DNA of 57,089 nucleotides from Selaginella moellendorffii (Eukaryota; Plantae; Lycopodiophyta): NCBI RefSeq assembly GCF_000143415.4, contig NW_003314313.1, positions 1,394,605 to 1,451,693 of the forward strand, read 5' to 3'. Shown piece by piece: positions 27,807 to 41,100 of this stretch (position 1 is its first letter; each line of letters starts with the position of its first letter). The notes under the pieces were generated by a model. It saw only the letters and a program-made list of their open reading frames with translations, ran no database searches and was not told where the DNA came from. The position numbers and the translations under genes were made by a program.

Positions 27807-30800
27807 TGTAGCGCACGTGGTTTTGACCCTTTATCCTATGGTGATTTACCATAGGATAACACCACGAAGCGGAACCTAAACCCTCTTTGTGCCACGTGAC
27901 AGATGCCACGTGTCACATGCCACGTGTCCATGCCACGTGTCCTTAGGAACCCAAGGTTCAGGGCCTTGGGCCACTGAACGAAGGAACGGTGCCAAACTCC
28001 CAAGCGTGACGCCAAGGAGTGGTGGAACCGGACCACGGAGCAACTCCCGAGCATATAGCCCAAGGAGCGAAGGGACAGGAGCCCGGAGCGACTTGGAACA
28101 GTCCTGGAGCAACCAGCATACCAATGCCAGGACCAGCACGCAAAACGGAGCCAAACGGAGTCTGGCGCTATTTCGGCATACCGGTGGCCTAATGTGAGGA
28201 TATGGGTACTCCACCAGCTAGCATGGAATGGAACTTGGGCTTAGACCCAAGCCGGACGCAGAACAAGGACAGGCACGCAAGCGGGAGCTAGACTATGCCT
28301 CAGGTTGGTCGGCCATGCCCGACCTACCCACTATCCCTACTATACATTTGGAACCCCCCACAGCCCCCCCCCCCCTTGAGGAACACACGCTTTGGGCTTT
28401 CACCCCAAGCCTCCCTTAGTATCAGGAGTTAGTCTCTGGGACAAGCTCGAAACTTACTAAATATGGAATGTCCTTAGATTGCGAATTTGGACATGGGACA
28501 AACACCATTGTGTTCAGGCCGATCTCTACATTCCGTAGATATGCCAAATGAGCAAATCTGGACACTTTCCATAAATAGCATTTGGGACCGAAATGAGACT
28601 AACACAAAGGGCATGATAGCGAGGGTGTTTGGCAGACACGGTAAGCTATCATGTAGCGATATTGAGGGACCAATCTCAATACGCGAGGGTTCTTGTCACT
28701 AGCCAGTGCAAGACAAAACGAGACGGGAACTCCTTACCGGGCTAAGTATGCTTAGCTAATAACACGTAGGAATTCCGTCCTTATGCTCGTCCGGTCTAAG
28801 TACACTCGAAATGCCCAGTTAACTCCACTAGCACAAGAGGGACTGATAAAGGGTCCAGCAATACCGACCTCCTGCCATCGTGGCAGTAAGGTAAGAGTGT
28901 CCGTAAGGACTAGTCGACAGGTAACTTTCGATACCCGAAGTCACATGCGCGACACTCTCCCCCCCTAGGGAAGATCGACGTCCTCGTCGATGCATACTCG
29001 AGTCTAGAATACCGCCAAGGAAACAACTCCATAAAAAGTTCACGATACTCACACTATGTGAGAAATGCACCGACTTAAATGAGTTAGGGGGTAACCTCTT
29101 TGTCTAACGCGGATGCGCTACCAGCTCAGACACCTTCCGGCCGTCGCCGACAAGGAAATGACCAACGGAGTCAGCCACCCCTGCTGCGCTGGGAGTCACC
29201 CAGCTTACAAAAGTGTGATATGCCCTGCCCGCAGGAACATAGAGAGAGAAGCCAGAGGCCCCTACCCTCCTAAGCAAAGAAACCAAACCCGTCGGTAAGG
29301 TTTAGATAGACTACTGTCAACAGGCAGTTTAGAGTTGTTTACACGGTCACGCCCTTTCACCGAAATAAGGAACATCGACAGAGAGGCGGGTGATGTGACC
29401 AGTCGACAGTAGCTACCCCATGACTAGAGATTTCAACATGCACACGAAGTGCCGAAGCCAGTCTGCCGATACTGGCCCAAACTCAAAGATCAATATATAT
29501 GGACTATATCAAAGTCATAAACAATGATATCTTAGAGATTGAATTATCAGTGAATAAAGCTTTAAATTAGAACACAAAAGTATTCCAAGTAAGTTATCAT
29601 CCGATAAACTAGTATTATAGTGCAAGAACCATCAAGATCAGCATAATTGGTAAACATAGGAATCACCATCCAACAAAATTCAATAGCAAGTAGATCATCA
29701 AGGAAACTCAATGATAAAGTTTAACTATTAAAGATTGCAGACAGAATGCTAAACAACTTACGAAAGATAACTCAAAGAACACAAAGTATCATGGACTGAC
29801 AAGCAAAATGCTTGCGAATGTATCACCCAAAGGAAATAACATCCAAATCTATCAAAACCAACTCAAGCAATAATCAACAGAACAAAATGAATGTTGCAAA
29901 GCAAACAAATATAGTGTTCATGCCAATCATCGCACTAGCCAATCCAGATAGATCCCAGCCAATAACACCAAGGAACTCAAGTTGCCTAAGCAAGTGTCAG
30001 CAACATCCTACTGATGTCTCAAACCCAAGAGACCAATCCAGAGCAAACCACAAAGAACATGTGGTATTGCGAAAAGCCAAAAGCCATCAAAGAGAACAAT
30101 TAACTATCATGAAAGATCGTCAATCAGCCCATCAATGTAGTGATGTATAATCATCGTTGAAGAAAGAATCTACCATCCCGAAGAATAGCAAATAATTCCA
30201 AACCAACAATAATCAAGCAAAACTTGTGATAAGGACAATCAACTACCCTAGATGATAGTCAATCATCACCAATGATTGCCAGATGCAAAAACCAACTTCA
30301 ACATCGAAGCTAATGAGCCAAAATGCCTTCCCCAACAACTTCTAACAAATGGAACAATGAGCATAAAACTCAAAGAACCAAAGCTCGAAGAAGCCTATAG
30401 CCAAGTCTTACTTAATAATGATCACGAGTCTCGCATGAACTAACATCAATGCTAAAGAGAAATCATGGTATAACCCACGACATCCACTTTAACACATCCA
30501 TAAGCTATACTTCATAATGCAAAGCTAATGAAGAGCAGATTTGCATCACTCACAAGCCAAGCACAATGGAGCTATGCTCAACAAGTGATCACCAAACCGA
30601 TCCTCCATGAATCCATCTATAGAAAACGTAATTCACTTTATAGCAAGCACAAGAAGAATCATCAATGATTGATATATTTCAACTAGAATCCTATAAGGAT
30701 TCAAAATATTCCAACATCGATCACTAACTCTCCTACTTGTAGAGTTAGCATAGTCCATGACTAAATCACTTTTCAAGGAAAAGCTCAAAGCTCAACCCCT

Positions 30801-33800
30801 ACTAAATAATCTCGTCTAGAACACAACTAACTTAACTTGCCACTCAGTTCATTTGAACGTCAACATAGTTGCTAACTAACAAATGTACGAATGCCAATAA
30901 CATAAAGCCATAGCCAAATCATCAACACTATCTTCATCAAGACTAATGAAACTCAATATCAATCCTTGGAAGGATATCTCATTTCACTCAAATCTCAATA
31001 TCAACAATATCAATGACAAGGCATCACTTCAATGCCATCAACATCAGGACAAAGCTAGAAGAAAGTAAGAGTGAATCACCTTCACCTTCCAGCAACCAAG
31101 CTAACCCAAGTCGAAGATACTATACTTAGTATCTGAGACCAATCCTTCAGCAATACTCAGTTACAGATAACACTTCCTCAAGGAGTGAATCACCACGTCC
31201 AAGACTCAATGAAATCCAACACTATAGACCAAACGTAACCAAATGATATCGACAAAGGAATTGACATGCCAACATGGAAAAACCACGCCAGCCTAATGAC
31301 ACGATCCTCCGCAACACCATCCGGTAAAGCAAGCCCACCACTACTAAATCATCATCGAGCAAAGCAAGTGTCAACGGTCTTTTTTTGACAAAGTCTACAA
31401 GTAATCACTAGTCGCAAAGCAACTAACAATCGCCCTTCAACTTGCCTTCACAAGACCCGAACACTAACTCATGTCATCGAGTTATATACTTGTCCAACAT
31501 GAATATAATACCCCAGGTACGAGATAAAAGTTCATAGACAAGCACAAACTAAATGACCACTCGAATCCAACTCAACCGCAATAAGCTCACTAATGCATTT
31601 AGTCAATAGCTCTGAGCATGCCTTGAAGAGGCTAGCTATGTGATCAACACTCAGTCGAAACTAAAGTGAAGACCATGAGATGGACTCATATCGGTACACA
31701 ACCTCCTCATAGACAAAGCTATAGTACGGGTACCAACATCTCAACCTCAAACAACTAAGTTGGACATCACCATCCTCAGCCAAGGTGCAGGGCCACCAAG
31801 ACCAAGTCAAGATCAGTGAGAGCTCACTACTCTCATAGAGTCTAACGAAATGCAAGGTGCAAACTATCACCAAGCACAACGCTACAAAAGAAAGGCACAA
31901 GGGTCACCTTTCTTAGAAAAGCGCAACAGCCACTTTTCTACACCAACTCTAGACTCTATCCAACTCAATTGTTTTAGCCCCAAAAGTCAGCATCCCTTTC
32001 GGGCTGCATCATACAAACTACTTACTAAGATCTAAGCCAATCAAAGTCAACTCCAACCCCTTCACTAGTTTGTACTGGCTTTCAAAAATGGAATGGTTTT
32101 CGAGCAAAGTGATCAATAGATCAGCCATTGGAAAAGTCTAAGAAAATTTGTGGAAAATTTTCCATCCTAGAGAAAGAATGACTCTCAATCCAGAATTGCA
32201 AACTTTCAAGACTCAACCAACTTCCTCCTACTAACAACTCCACATAGGTTCACCTCAACAAAAATTCTCATGATCCAAAAATATGCTTAAGCATCGAACA
32301 TCTTTGCCCATCTAACCGATATCCAACACCGTCATCCGCAAAGTGCAAAATGAACATCCAAGGCTTGATCACGAAGACCACATCTTCGGATATCCATATT
32401 GCATTAACACTCTTCTTCAATCACCTTCAAGATTCAATGTGAAGTCAAAACACTAACAAGAAAAATGACATGGAAAAATCAAGGTCCAAGGAAAATTCCT
32501 CATCACTTGAAATAACAATGCCACCTCCACTAACACAAGTGCTAGTGATGTCAATGCCCCAACTACACATCTTCTCCATCCAACAATCTACTCCAAGTGC
32601 TAACGGATCAACAGATGAGCTATAGCAAATGAATGCTACAACCCATTCCTAACACCTTATGGGCAAACCCTCAAGGAAACAAGGTACTAACATAAGCTTA
32701 GCATAATGGACCACCATTGAGAATCCAGTCAAAGCTACTACAATGCTACTTCGTGCAAGTAGACTAGCTTCTCCATCAACCACTTTGGGGTTGATCATCA
32801 TTTACCCAAGCAACTTCGTAAACACATTACTCATTATCACATGGATATGATATAAATCACAATGACTTGATCATCAATTGAGTAACGCAATGAGCAATGC
32901 CTATGTCATTACTTCAAACGTTTATGTGAGTATCAAATGCCAACTCGATTCGACAAAATGCAACATAAATGCCACACTCCACCAATAGAGGTTTACGACA
33001 CCCAACACCACTAACTTTTGTTCACAACATGGACAAGCTCATGCCACTCTCTTTCCGACCAAACTCAAAACTAATCCAACACCAAGCTATTCAAGGAGCA
33101 ATAGCAAGGTTCCCCGGAAAAGAATTGAGCATTGCAACCCAAGTCTTCCAATAGCGAGCCTAGACAAAATGGTTTAGTGTTTCACCACTATCCATCCCAT
33201 AACTCACCATTGTAAAACTACCATCTCCAACATGCATCAAGATAGGGACTTATGATTGCATGATGTGAACACAAGCAATGAGTTAACACCTCGTTGCAAA
33301 TCATCTCTCCAAGAAGAGAAGATGATTTACGTATTTGATCCTCCGTCCCCGATGACTCTCTTTTCGGTCTCATCTTTGACCAAACCTCAAACTTGCTTTT
33401 GCACTGCCTTCAGTTCAATCGAAGAAAAGTTTATAAGAGAGCATGGCAATGATTACTTGAACCAATAGACTATTCCCTATAGTCTTGATTGATCCAATCA
33501 TAATCATGCCTAGGAAGGATCCACTAGTGCCGTGCTAAACAGCTATGGACCAGCCTATTTGCCACTCACAGCAAACCCAGGGAGGTTTGCTTTTCACCCA
33601 TGGTACAAGGAACAACTCACGGAACCACTAGAACAACTTATGGAACCAATGATAGGCTAACATTAATCCTGCCAACTCAAAGTGTAACCTCGAGTTGCTA
33701 ATGTGCCTCACTCACGAGCCCAAGCTCAAACTCGTGCAAATGGAACATCTCCAAACCATCCTATGAGCCCAAGCGCAAGCTCACATCATAAGGTACAACA

Positions 33801-34508
33801 AGGTAACCCAAAACCTATCTGTAAGCCACAAATTTTTCCTTTCCAATTTGCCAGCTTACCTCGCCTATCCGACCAACTCCGCCTTGGCTTGTGCTAAGTT
33901 CCCTCGCCAAGGTTCTCGCCTATGGTGCCAGCTCCTACTTGGTTTCAACTACTTACTGCACGAGCAACGGAGTGTTAGCCATCCATCTACGGATTCCCAA
34001 ATCTTTCCCAATCCCCCTCCCCGGGTTAGACTGGACTTAAGGTTCGGCTACACTCCCCGCAGGCACAAGCAGCCAAGCACACCAAGCCTCCAGATTCCTA
34101 ACACCCCAAGGTATCACAAGGCTTGATCATGGGACCCTCTAAATCCCAAGCCTTGGGTGCAGCACTTGCTTCGGGACGTCGGGGCGAAACACCGTGGCCT
34201 AACGGCCCGGTATGGGTACCTCTACCCCCCCTCTTCCATCCCGAAGGAAAGGCCCAAGCCCCCGGAAGGGCGAGGACCAATGAGCCACAAGGTACTCAAG
34301 TGGGGCACCACTCCACCTGAGCCGGGAGCACCGCAATCGGTTTCCCTTTCGGGAGTGGGAGCTGCTCTTGAGCACTTCCTTGGATGGCCCCTCCGGCACC
34401 AGCCAAGTCCATGCTCACTCCCACCCAAGGCCCCTCGGTCCCAGTCCCAACCTCAAGTCGGTTTGGAAGCCCAACTGGAGAGTCCCTTCTAAACTGGTTC
34501 CTGGACCT

Positions 34509-34585
34509 CACTATCCCTACTATACTTTTGGAACCCCCTGCAGCCCCCCCCCCCCTGGGAGACGCACGCTTTGGGCTTTCACCCC
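34509..34585 (-). promoter_or_regulatory. Additional Pol I promoter copy in the family A internal region
   Basis: Minus strand reads GGGGTGAAAGCCCAAAGCGTGCGTCTCCCAG(n)CTGCAGGGGGTTCCAAAAGTATAGTAGGGATAGTG. Confidence 0.75.
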
Positions 34586-34614
34586 TTGACCCGTATTAGT
34601 ATTTGGACTTAGTC

Positions 34615-34885
34615 TCTGGCTCGATCTCGGACCCGATTTCGGATCCGACTTCGGATTCGGGTTCGGACTCGATCACGGACTCGATCTCGGACCCGATCTC
34701 GGACCCGACCTCGGACTCGACCTCGGACTCGGTCTCGGACCCGATTTCGGATCCGGACTCCGTCTCGAACTCGGTCTCGAACTCGGACTCGAACTCGGTC
34801 CCCGAGTCGGTCTCGGATTCGATTCCGGACTCTATCTCGAACTCGGTCCTAGAGTCGGTCTTGGACTCGATCCTCGACTTGGTCC
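34615..34885 (-). repeat. Degenerate hexamer array (TCCGAG/ATCGAG/ACCGAG)
   Basis: CTCGGA-type hexamers on +, upstream (in element sense) of the internal promoter copy. Confidence 0.85.
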
Positions 34886-36520
34886 CATCCGATGAACTCT
34901 TTGTCACTTCGGTCAAGCTTTTGGGGATCCTTTAGCCTACGACATCTCGGGGAGTCGGTTCCTTACACTATCCCAAGGAACCAATTGCGAAGCCTTTGCA
35001 CCCAAACGTGTACCCACTCGGATCATCGTTTTCATCTCTGCGTATGCAACAAGACTAGTTGCCCAATCTCATTGAATAGTACTCGTTGAGACTCATTCTC
35101 TGATACCAAATGTAGCGCACGTGGTTTTGACCCTTTATCCTATGGTGATTTACCATAGGATAACACCACGAAGCGGAACCTAAACCCTCTTTGTGCCACG
35201 TGACAGATGCCACGTGTCACATGCCACGTGTCCATGCCACGTATCCTTAGGAACCCAAGGTTCAGGGCCTTGGGCCACTGAACGAAGGAACGGTGCCAAA
35301 CTCCCAAGCGTGACGCCAAGGAGTGGTGGAACCGGACCACGGAGCAACTCCCGAGCATATAGCCCAAGGAGCGAAGGGACAGGAGCCCGGAGCGACTTGG
35401 AACAGTCCTGGAGCAACCAGCATACCAATGCCAGGACCAGCACGCAAAACGGAGCCAAACGGAGTCTGGCGCTATTTCGGCATACCGGTGGCCTAATGTG
35501 AGGATATGGGTACTCCACCAGCTAGCATGGAATGGAACTTGGGCTTAGACCCAAGCCGGACGCAGAACAAGGACAGGCACGCAAGCGGGAGCTAGACTAT
35601 GCCTCAGGTTGGTCGGCCATGCCCGACCTACCCACTATCCCTACTATACATTTGGAACCCCCCACAGCCCCCCCCCCCCTTGAGGAACACACGCTTTGGG
35701 CTTTCACCCCAAGCCTCCCTTAGTATCAGGAGTTAGTCTCTGGGACAAGCTCGAAACTTACTAAATATGGAATGTCCTTAGATTGCGAATTTGGACATGG
35801 GACAAACACCATTGTGTTCAGGCCGATCTCTACATTCCGTAGATATGCCAAATGAGCAAATCTGGACACTTTCCATAAATAGCATTTGGGACCGAAATGA
35901 GACTAACACAAAGGGCATGATAGCGAGGGTGTTTGGCAGACACGGTAAGCTATCATGTAGCGATATTGAGGGACCAATCTCAATACGCGAGGGTTCTTGT
36001 CACTAGCCAGTGCAAGACAAAACGAGACGGGAACTCCTTACCGGGCTAAGTATGCTTAGCTAATAACACGTAGGAATTCCGTCCTTATGCTCGTCCGGTC
36101 TAAGTACACTCGAAATGCCCAGTTAACTCCACTAGCACAAGAGGGACTGATAAAGGGTCCAGCAATACCGACCTCCTGCCATCGTGGCAGTAAGGTAAGA
36201 GTGTCCGTAAGGACTAGTCGACAGGTAACTTTCGATACCCGAAGTCACATGCGCGACAAGCGTCCTTGTATGCCATGTGAAATACATATGTTTGGACTTG
36301 CTTGCCATGCCACGTGGTGACAGTCACAACACATTCTTTGTGACTTATATCCTAGTTAATAACTAACTAATGACACAATTTGGCAAACACACCTTACATT
36401 GACAATTGTAAGTAGTATTTAAGGACCATACACTTATATGCTATGGAAAAATACTCAAAGTTTATATATTAAAACAGTGATCTTACAAAAATAAATGACT
36501 TGTAAGGAAAAAAACAAAAA

Positions 36521-36638
36521 GAGGGGGTCACTTGGACTTCCCGGGTGGTCACCCAGCCCAGTACTATTCAAGCCCAGGGACGCTTAACTTTGGAGGTCTG
36601 ATGGGATCCAGTGCCATAGTCACGGTTTGAACCCACTC
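36521..36638 (-). rRNA. 5S: 5S rRNA gene (inverted IGS segment)
   Basis: Reverse complement of 14974-15091 with one substitution near the 3' end. Confidence 0.92.
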
Positions 36639-37454
36639 TGAAATATTTCACACTCCCCCTACTCTTATAGTGTGGGGCAGCTTGATCCAAAGCTGCAGCG
36701 TACCTCCACAATCCCGTGTTCTTTCTGGGCGCCAAAAAGCACGCCCGCGGGACATGTGGTACCTCCCCAACAATTCACGAAGACCGCGTTTTGGGGCCCA
36801 AAACGCGCGCTGCAAAATGTGGGGTACCTCCCCGACTTTTCGTGAAAAATCGCGTGTTTTGGGCCCCAAAAAAAGCCCGCAGAACACGTGGTACCCTTGC
36901 AACTTCTCGCAAAAAATCGCGCGTTTTGGGCCCCAAAACGCGCCCCGCGAAATGTGGGGTACCTCCCCGACTTTTCGTGAAAAATCACGCGTTTCGGGCC
37001 CCAAAAAAAGCCCGCGGAACACGTGGTACCTTTCCAACTTTTCGCGAAAAATCGCGCGTTTTGGGCCCCAGACATTCCGGGCCACTTTTTTTTCCCCCTC
37101 CCCCCCTTTTCCGTGCCACGTGGCAGGCGGGCAGGGCCTTCCCCCCCTCCCTCACGCACGCGCAGGCTGAAGCTCAGCCTGCGCCTTCTCCGTGCGCTTC
37201 GGGCCCGGGAGAGTCCTCCCCCCTGTGAGACACAAAATCCCTAGGCCCCAAAGTGGAGCCGGAAGGGCGCCACATGGTAGTGGCCGAAGCGAGAGCCAAA
37301 CGAGCGTAACACATTTGGACCAAAAGCTCCGACTTGAAAAGTCAAGAGTGGGAGTGGAACTCCCAACGAAGTGCTCGAGGAACGAGCACGAAGCGAGCAA
37401 AAGGCGAGGCTCCAAAAAGGGACCCAAAAGGACCAACACATGATACGAGGGAGT

Positions 37455-38075
37455 GTCCGAGATGGACTCGAGTGGGAGTCCAAAGTGGAGTCCGAGATGG
37501 ACTCGAGTTGGAGTCCGAAGTGGAGTCCGAGATGGACCCGAGTTGGAGTCCGAAGTGGAGTCCGAGGTGGACCCGAGATGGACCCGAGTTGGAGTCCGAA
37601 GTGGAGTCCGAGGTGGACCCGAGATGGACCCGAGTTGGAGTCCGAAGTGGAGTCCGAGGTGGACCCGAGATGGACCCGAGTTGGAGTCCGAAGTGGAGTC
37701 CGAGGTGGACCCGAGATGGACCCGAGTTGGAGTCCGAAGTGGAGTCCGAGATGGACCCGAGATGGAGTCCGAGATGGAGTCCGAGATGGACCCGAGATGG
37801 AGTCCGAGATGGAGTCCGAGATGGACCCGAGATGGACCCGAGATGGAGTCCGAGATGGAGTCCGAGATGGAGTCCGAGATGGAGTCCGAGATGGAGTCCG
37901 AAGTCGAGACCGAGACCGGGACCGAGACCGGGACCGAGACCGAGACCGAGACCGAGATCGGGACCGAGACCGAAGCCGAGGCCGAGACCGAGCCCGAGCC
38001 CGAGTCCGAGTCCGAATCCGAGTCCGAGTCCGAGTCCGAGTCCGAGTCCGAGTCCGAGTCCGAGTCCGAGTCCGG
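37455..38075 (+). repeat. TCCGAG-based hexamer/12-mer array in family B 5' LTR
   Basis: GGAGTCCGAGAT, GGACCCGAGAT, GAGACC and GAGTCC runs; 3' LTR copy at about 43401-44033. Confidence 0.92.
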
Positions 38076-38084
38076 AGCCTGAGA

Positions 38085-38155
38085 GGGTGAAAGCCCAAAG
38101 CGTTCGTCTCCCAGACCCTGGGGGGTTTGGTGAGCCCCAAAAGTATAGTAGGGGG
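38085..38155 (+). promoter_or_regulatory. Pol I core-promoter-like module in family B 5' LTR
   Basis: GGGTGAAAGCCCAAAGCGTTCGTCTCCCAG...CCAAAAGTATAGTAGGGGG. Confidence 0.78.
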
Positions 38156-41100
38156 AGGACTGCAGTGGAGCCAGTTTGGCCAGGAAAGGCCAGTTTGGCC
38201 CAGGAAGGCCGGACCCAGTGTTGGGTGATGAGCTGCCCACTGGGAAGTCCAAGACTAGAGTGAACACGGACCGACAAGCGGGGTAGCTTGGTGAAGTGTT
38301 CAAGAGCCGGCTCTAGTTCCCCCGGGAGATCGACTGGCCGATGCTCCCAGTCCAAGTGTGGGTGGCACTACCTACTTGGATACCTGGTGTGGCTCAACGG
38401 AACCCGCTCTAAGCCCATGGCTAGAGCACCTAAAGGCGATAGGTGGGGAGAGTACCCAGGTGGCTCGCGTAAGGCCACGGTGTTCCGAAATGTTGTCCCA
38501 AAGGCCCAGACTGTGGAAAGGAAGAGGAGCAGTCCTCTGGGGTAGTGACCAAGGACACAGTCATGTGGTGAGGAAGTCCCAGAGGACCGTGGGACTTAGT
38601 GGTCGGGCCTGTGGGCCTCAACCCAGTGGCAGTGTTGGCAAACACGGCCAGGGGCAGAAAGGGACTTGGTAGGAACTGACAAAGGGACTTTGGGGAAGGC
38701 AATTCCCCAGGTCTGTGGGCATCCTAAGGATGCTAAGGAGTGGATCTAGGATGACCACTCGTGGACACATGGCCCAGTCTTGGAGAGACAAGGTGGTGAT
38801 GCAAGTGGTGTTGAACCACTAGTGCAGCAAGGTGAATGGGCATGGCCTTAGCGTAACGGGCCGAGATGTCAGTGGTACCTTTGGGTGTCGGTCTCAGGAC
38901 CGGACACGTGGAGCACTTGGACCAGGTGCAAGTGTGGAGTGGCATGGATGCCATTCTTGGGGCTAGCAAGTCCCAAGTCCTGAATTGGACTGATGGAGGT
39001 TGTGAATGAGACTCCTCCAAGTGGTCAGACATGTGGTTAAGTGACTAAAGTAAAATGGAAAATTTAGTCCCTTACAATTTGGTATCAGAGCTGTTCCTTA
39101 GTCCGACTTTTATTGGTGCTCAAGTATATCACCACTAGTGTTGGCATCGGAAGGTCCGAGGAGTGGGCCTATCCTTGAGGAGTAGCAAGTCGGGAAGACA
39201 TGGCTCTCCATTACAGTTCATGTGTGAACTTGTAGACGAGGTGGTGGATAGAAAAGGGCCAATAATGGAACGACTTTGGGATCTTGGGAACAGTGCAAGG
39301 TTTTCCTCATTGAGTTGAGGATGTGATCCGGATGAGCATTTGTCTCAGCAAATTGGCTTAGGTTGTTGTGGTAAACAACTAAAGTTGGGATCACGGGAAA
39401 GATAGAGACTCCAAAACAATAAAGGAGTCACAAGATTATCCTCATATAGTTGAGGTTGGTGCTCATGAATGTGAGACCAAAGGTAATGACCGTGGAAGGT
39501 CAAATACGGAAGAGGACTCAAGTCCTTGAAATGGTAGCCGGGGCTACCTCTAATAAATGCTGGAACAACCCAAGGAGTTGGGGGTGTATTAAGTGGATGA
39601 GTTGGTATTCTCATCACATGGACAAGTAGTCCTAAGGGGCAAAGGTTGCCCCCAAAGAACAAAATCAAGTGTCGGAGTAACACTTGTGAAAATAGTCCTT
39701 TTGAGTAGGACCGGAATGCAAGATGTGTATTCCAGTGAGCTAGTGCCTCACAAGTAGGACCTTACGGGTCGGTGGATTAACCAAGTCCAAAACTGCTAGA
39801 CGACTCAAGTAGAGTCAAGGGATGGTCCTAAAAAGGACTGAATGAAGCATTTGGACTGAGGTGCGTTGTACCCCACAAAGGATGGGGGGGGATCATAGGA
39901 TCCAAGGATGAGAACAGAGAGTATCTCATCGATGGCAAAATGTGCCATGCTAAAGTTATAGGAAAGGTGTTCCTAGAAGAAAACAACTTTGACATAAAGT
40001 TGTGTGTGACCTCTATGGGGTAGTGCTAACAGATGGTTGGCATGAGAAAGAGCGGTGTTGGTCTTGGCAAAGACTTAGACACGAAGGGAAATGTCATAGA
40101 GGTAGGCTCGTGGAGCCGATGGTGTGGAGACACCAAATGTGCCAAGGTGTGATACCTTGAGGCTATGTTGGTGGGTTCATGAGAACCCCTTGCCAAAGGA
40201 ATCCCAATGGAAATGGGAATGGCATAGCCTAAGCTGCAGAGCATGCAGTTGGAGTGTGGTGACCCAGATAGTGATGGAGGTGTGAAAGCACCAAGCAATG
40301 AGTTGTAGGACTTGACAACTATGAGGCAACTAAGCAAGAGGTGCAAAATAACTGGTTAAACGGGTAGAAGGTAGCTACCCAAGACTTCTAGTATAGGGAA
40401 GTCGGATATACCCTTACGGGGGATAAGTTGCTTATGTTGCGATATAGTAAGTCAATGTCATAAAAGGAAATACTCATTGTCAAGAAAGCCATCATTGGGA
40501 CACCCGAACACTCTAGAACACCAGAAGGTGGTGTTTGATGTCGCGAGGGCAATGGATAAAGCCCAAGGGACTAAGTCCCTAGCGAATGATGGATAGAAGG
40601 TGCTATCCAAATGTCCAAGGTTGCGGAGATAGGAGAGGACTGTCTACCCAAGTTGGACAAAGCCAAAAATGGAATTTTGGCAAGGCTAGTGATGGGCATG
40701 TAAAGGCCCATAAGCAACAAGGTGACCCCAGTGTGTGGGATTATAAGCTGAGCATACCCGGATTGAGGAACCACTCCCTGGGCTATTGGGTAGGTTCATC
40801 CCTAAAAATACTTGCTAAGGCATGATAGAAAGTGCAAAGCTATCCTCCTGGTCTGGAGGAGAATGACCGAAGGAAAGGTGTGAAGCCAAAGGCAAGTAAT
40901 GTTGGGATAGAACTGAACCATAGAAATCAAAGGGCATAACCAAGGTTGGTTATGCCAGCTGGGAGTGGAAAATCAAGTGGGGGCTCAAGGGTGTTGCCGC
41001 TAGCAACCGTGATGCCATGGAGAGTCTAAAATATGGAATTGTCCATGTTAGACTATATGGCATTTGGAAGGCTTGCAAAAAGGGAGGCCTTAGCAAGCTG

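Larger units (their letters stand above)
27807..36258 (-). mobile_element. Structurally complete family A non-autonomous LTR retrotransposon (8.45 kb, LARD-like)
   Basis: 5' LTR 35111-36258, PBS 35098-35108, about 6.15-kb internal region without a long ORF, PPT 28955-28966, 3' LTR 27807-28954. Flanks do not form a TSD (TCAAA vs AGCGT). Confidence 0.9.

Noticed and set aside
38215-38255. 5S-like GGGAAGTCCAAG in the B LTR
   Set aside because: Only about 12 nt match, with no box A or IE at the right spacing.
37152-38355. Long ORFs (RS/RD/ES/SP-rich, up to 383 aa) in B LTRs
   Set aside because: All six frames are open because of stop-free hexamer repeats inside an LTR; no domain signal.
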